Source of the DNA: an uncultured Desulfosarcina sp.
GTDB taxonomy: Bacteria > Desulfobacterota > Desulfobacteria > Desulfobacterales > Desulfosarcinaceae
Assembly (NCBI GenBank): GCA_963674945.2
Contig: CAXXWQ010000004.1
Span: 2,688,001-2,752,000, forward strand
DNA length: 64,000 nt
Reading direction: 5' to 3'
Shown: one piece after another, positions 60,037 to 64,000 of the stretch
How the letters are laid out: every line of letters begins with the position of its first letter
Position numbering within the stretch: the stretch's first letter is position 1
Translations under genes and position numbers: made by a program
Notes under the pieces: model-generated
Told to the model about the DNA's origin: nothing
Seen by the model: the letters and a program-made list of their open reading frames with translations, nothing else
Databases searched by the model: none

Positions 60037-61269
60037 TCAGCGTCTTAACAACCGACCGAAATTGAAACCCGGGGCAATAAGGGTTTCGGGTGGTACGCCG
60101 ATGGGCGTCCGGTTTTCGATCAACGCCCGGAGCACGCCCCCCTGTTCGATTTGATTGATCATCACGGCGCCCACAAGAAAATCTTCCTTGAAAACGAGCC
60201 GCCGGTAGAACCCCTTGCCGGCACCGCCAACCGCTGCGATTTGATAGGCTTCGCCCACCGGCGGGTTGGCAATGCCGACGGTGAGGACATCCAAATCGAA
60301 TACCCGCATCACATTGCGGCTGAGGCTGCCGGGATAGGCCACCGGTCGGCCGGCCATGTTCAAACCGGCCACCCGGCCCTGGTTTGCCGCCTCCGGCCAA
60401 AGGGCATTGACCCAATTACAGCCCCGGGCGATATCTTCCATTTCCGCCACGTCGCCGGCGGCAAAGACATCCGGTGCACTGGTGCGAAGATGTGCATCCA
60501 CGAGAATGCCCAAGTCCACTTTGATTTGATCCCGGGGAACGAAGGCCCGGGCCGGCAGCACCCCTTTGCCGATGATCACCATATCGCAGGGCAACCGGGC
60601 ACCATCATCGGTGAGGGCGACGCGGACCGTTCCATTGCCTTCGAAAGCGGTGACGCTCACCCCCACCTCGACCTTCAGGCCGTGCATAACCAACGCGTCC
60701 AGAATCATCCGCCCGGCGGTTTCGTCCACCTGCATGGAGAGCGGATATCCGGAAGTAATCAGCATGGTTACCGAAAGACCGCGCTTGAGAAGGCCGTAGG
60801 CTGCCTTGAATCCCACCAGGCCACCGCCCAATACGATGGCCCGGCGGGCACCGTCCAGGGCGGCCAGCTGGCGTTTCACCTGCGCCTGGGTGCGCATGTA
60901 AAAAATATTGGCAAGGTCCATGCCCGTTGCCTTCACCGGCCGGGGATCGGCGCCGGCGGCGAGGAGCAAACGATCGTACAAAACGGGTGGGGCCTCTTCG
61001 AAGGTAACCTGCCGGTTCTTTACATCGATGCCCGTTGCCCGCTTTCCGAGAAGCGCGGTGACCTTCAGATCCTCATAGAAGTGGTTTGAGCGGATGGGCA
61101 GCTTATCATGGGGTTGGGAACCGTCCAGCACATGGCTGATCATGGGACGGCTGTACGGGGGAAAGGTTTCATCGCCGATGATGGTAATTTGGGCGATTTC
61201 GTCCTGCTGCCGGATTGCCTCTGCCGCACAGACCCCGGCGATACCGTTTCCGATGATCACGTGTTTCAT
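60037..61269 (-). CDS. FAD-dependent NAD(P) oxidoreductase (FNOR) associated with CODH
   Basis: IIGNGIAG, LLLAAGA, VLGGGLVG, FAAGDVAE. Confidence 0.9.
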   Translation of the reverse strand: MKHVIIGNGIAGVCAAEAIRQQDEIAQITIIGDETFPPYSRPMISHVLDGSQPHDKLPIRSNHFYEDLKVTALLGKRATGIDVKNRQVTFEEAPPVLYDRLLLAAGADPRPVKATGMDLANIFYMRTQAQVKRQLAALDGARRAIVLGGGLVGFKAAYGLLKRGLSVTMLITSGYPLSMQVDETAGRMILDALVMHGLKVEVGVSVTAFEGNGTVRVALTDDGARLPCDMVIIGKGVLPARAFVPRDQIKVDLGILVDAHLRTSAPDVFAAGDVAEMEDIARGCNWVNALWPEAANQGRVAGLNMAGRPVAYPGSLSRNVMRVFDLDVLTVGIANPPVGEAYQIAAVGGAGKGFYRRLVFKEDFLVGAVMINQIEQGGVLRALIENRTPIGVPPETLIAPGFNFGRLLRR

Positions 61270-61685
61270 CCAAATTCTCCCGCTTGCCCCGCGGACGATG
61301 ACCGAAAGGGAAAGCCATCGGATATGTATGATCCGGTACTTTCAAATATGCCGGGAAAAGGGCCGGCCCCGTCCAAAGGGACTGCCGAAAAGTGCACTTA
61401 GGAAAAAAACGACGACATGGAGCGTTTCGCAGCGCGAATCGTGGTGAATGAGCGATGATCGAGTATGTTCAAAGTTGTTATACTACCGGTGGAAGATCGT
61501 ACCGTCAAGGAAAAAGCCCGCCGTTGCCACACGGACAGTATTTCCACTGTTCCGTTTTTGAAAAGAGGATCTGGTTTCCTTGCGATGGGGCGAAAAAAAA
61601 GAAGGAAGGATGCGGACCGAGGGTCGGACCCAACATCTTTTCACCCCTCTTCCATCGTCCTTCGTCCCTCTATGGACGCGGCCGT

Positions 61686-64000
61686 TTACACGAAAAGGTA
61701 TTTTTCGATGGTAGATAGCAGAATTTCCGGCTGAATGGGTTTTGCCACATAATCGGTCATGCCCGCCTGAAGACACTTGTCCCGATCGCCTTCCAGAACA
61801 TGGGCGGTCATGGCGATGATGACCACCGCCGGATTCAATATCTTCGTGCCACGTTCCCGAATTTTTCGTGCGGCTTCCAATCCGTCCATGACCGGCATCT
61901 GAACATCCATCAGCACCAGATCATAGAATTTGGATGCAAGCGCTTCCAGCGCCTCCTCTCCGTTGGATACCGCGTCGGCGGCAAGCCCGAAGCGTTTCAG
62001 CATAACGAGGGCCAGCTTCCGATTGACAGGATTGTCCTCGGCAATCAGAATGGATTTTTCCCGTCGTTTCTTCTCCGACAACGAATGAACGGAAACGATG
62101 GGCTGGTCAATCCGCTCCTCTTGTCCATCGCTTTTTCGACTCATCACGGCTTCGATGCAATCCAACAGGAGTGATCGCCGCACTGGCTTTGTCAGGTATC
62201 CGGAAAAGCCGATGCGTTTCATTTCGGCAGCATCTCCACGAATGCCCTGGGAGGTGAGTATGATCATTCTGGTTTTCGCGAGCAGTGGATCGCCCTTGAT
62301 CCGTCGTCCCAGTTCGGCACCATCTACTTCGGGCATCATCATGTCGGTGATGACAAGGTCATACGGTCTGCCGGAAATGGCGGCGGTGCCCATGGCGGAG
62401 ATCGCCATGGCTGCGCCGGTCGCCGTATCGCAAGGACAGCGCCAACGATCCAGGTAACCACTCAGCACTTTGAGGTTTGTCCGGTTATCGTCCACGATTA
62501 ATATCCGTTTGTCTTTGAGATCTTCGGGTACGGTAAGGGGCTTATGCGGCATATCGCGCTGCCGTGCCAAAGAGACCCGAAACCAGAAGGTCGCTCCTTT
62601 TCCCGATTCGCTCGTGACCCCGATACTACCGTCCATGAGTTCCACCAGGCGTTTGGAGATGGCCAGTCCCAGGCCGGTGCCACCGTATTTGCGCGTGGAA
62701 GAGGTGTCCACCTGTTGAAAGGATTCGAACAATTTGGATTGATCGGCTTCACTTATACCGATGCCGGTATCCTCGACGCAGAAGCGAAGTGCGATACTTC
62801 GCGCAGACGCGCTTTCCAGAAATATTCGAAAAACGATCTCGCCCTTGCTCGTGAATTTGATCGCATTGGTGATCAGATTCATGATGATCTGACGCAGCCT
62901 TCCCGGATCACCCCGAAGCAGGGAGGGAACCTCCGGATCCATATGATAGACGAACTCGAGCCCTTTTTGATGAGCAAGCACGGCAGGTGCCGCGACCAGG
63001 TCGCCGATGGTATTTCTCAGATCGAAATCGATGATTTCCACATCCATCCCGCCCGCTTCGATTTTCGAAAAATCGAGGACATCATTGACGATTTCAAGAA
63101 GGCCGGTGGCACTGTTCTTGCCGGTGATGGCAAAATCACGCTGTTCGCGCGTCAGTGGCGTATCCAGCAGTAGATTGTACATGCCGATAATGCCGTTCAT
63201 GGGTGTGCGGATTTCGTGGCTCATGTTGGCCAGAAAGTGACTTTTTGCCCGGGTGGCCGCTTCCGCCCGCTCCTTGGCCTCTGCGAGTGCCACCTCCACC
63301 TCCCTGCGTTCGGTCATATCCCTGGCGATCCCGCAAATTCCTCTTCTTCTCCCCCCTGCATCCCGTAAAATGGAAACGGAGAACTCTAAAAAGCGGTTCG
63401 CCCCGTCGCTGCGGATGATTTCGCATTGCAGCGTCTGTTCCGATTTTCCGGACCGCAGGACCTTTTTTGTCGTTTCATATACATCTTCCACCACCTGGGG
63501 GTGCAACACGTCCCGAAAGGTCATCGAGGATAACGTCTTTCGATCATACCCGAGGATTCGACACATGGCATCATTGAAAGAGGAAAAGCGTCCTGCAAGG
63601 TCGAATTCGAAGTAGGCATCTTCCAAGGACGCGATGACGTTGCGGTAATGTTTCTCACGTTGCCCGAGACGCCGCTCCCGCGCCTTGTTTTCAAAGGCAA
63701 CGGCAAGAACGCCGGAGAGCATATGGGCATCGACGGCGCAAGACGGCAAATACCCACGGGCGCCATGTTTCGCCGCTTCCTCCGCCCGTTTCGGTTCTTC
63801 CGGCGCCGCCGATACAATGGTGAGGGAATCCGGTGCATCGCGACGCACGGCAATCAGCGTCTCGATACCCTTGCTGTCCGGCAGATCCAGATGCAACAAG
63901 ATGACGTCGTACTGCTTCGTTGATAGCGCCTCGCGGGCCTTGGCAAGCGTATCGACGACCGTCACCGCAAAAACCCAATTTTCTACTTCGGTTATGATTT
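61686..64000 (-). CDS. Hybrid sensor histidine kinase (REC-PAS-HisKA-HATPase-REC-REC), 5' end outside the window
   Basis: [49 protein letters not shown]; the frame stays open to the window end. Confidence 0.93.
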   Translation of the reverse strand, partial: IITEVENWVFAVTVVDTLAKAREALSTKQYDVILLHLDLPDSKGIETLIAVRRDAPDSLTIVSAAPEEPKRAEEAAKHGARGYLPSCAVDAHMLSGVLAVAFENKARERRLGQREKHYRNVIASLEDAYFEFDLAGRFSSFNDAMCRILGYDRKTLSSMTFRDVLHPQVVEDVYETTKKVLRSGKSEQTLQCEIIRSDGANRFLEFSVSILRDAGGRRRGICGIARDMTERREVEVALAEAKERAEAATRAKSHFLANMSHEIRTPMNGIIGMYNLLLDTPLTREQRDFAITGKNSATGLLEIVNDVLDFSKIEAGGMDVEIIDFDLRNTIGDLVAAPAVLAHQKGLEFVYHMDPEVPSLLRGDPGRLRQIIMNLITNAIKFTSKGEIVFRIFLESASARSIALRFCVEDTGIGISEADQSKLFESFQQVDTSSTRKYGGTGLGLAISKRLVELMDGSIGVTSESGKGATFWFRVSLARQRDMPHKPLTVPEDLKDKRILIVDDNRTNLKVLSGYLDRWRCPCDTATGAAMAISAMGTAAISGRPYDLVITDMMMPEVDGAELGRRIKGDPLLAKTRMIILTSQGIRGDAAEMKRIGFSGYLTKPVRRSLLLDCIEAVMSRKSDGQEERIDQPIVSVHSLSEKKRREKSILIAEDNPVNRKLALVMLKRFGLAADAVSNGEEALEALASKFYDLVLMDVQMPVMDGLEAARKIRERGTKILNPAVVIIAMTAHVLEGDRDKCLQAGMTDYVAKPIQPEILLSTIEKYLFV

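Overview
Chromosomal window from an anaerobic sulfate-reducer-like bacterium (inferred Desulfobacterota, Desulfosarcina-like, from gene content and repeat families). The left half (about 1.3-31.4 kb, up to tRNA-Ala(CGC)) is a mosaic accessory region. It holds two MITE-like elements, a MarR/GcvT-family/unknown/SDR operon, and a decayed integron-type cassette array with no integrase in the window, whose one clearly intact large cassette is a restriction-endonuclease-NACHT-pentapeptide gene. It also holds a triplicated promoter/leader module, a WD40-caspase lipoprotein, several pseudogenes and a complete IS66 (8-bp TSD) splitting a MASE3-domain gene. The right half is mostly housekeeping: M23 peptidase, exeA/gspB, mlaA/mlaC, metY, prmA, a rhodanese lipoprotein, a sigma54 stress operon, an FNOR-cooF-cooS CO dehydrogenase cluster with a 5' frameshift in cooS, and a hybrid kinase. 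The best candidate for an undescribed system is a cobalamin-riboswitch-led operon (49.0-53.0 kb). It encodes a TrpD-like phosphoribosyltransferase with substituted anthranilate-binding residues, a small unknown protein, and a Zn-dependent dehydrogenase fused to CobT, which may be a non-canonical cobamide lower-ligand/nucleotide-loop pathway. All calls come from reading motifs by eye; no database searches were run.
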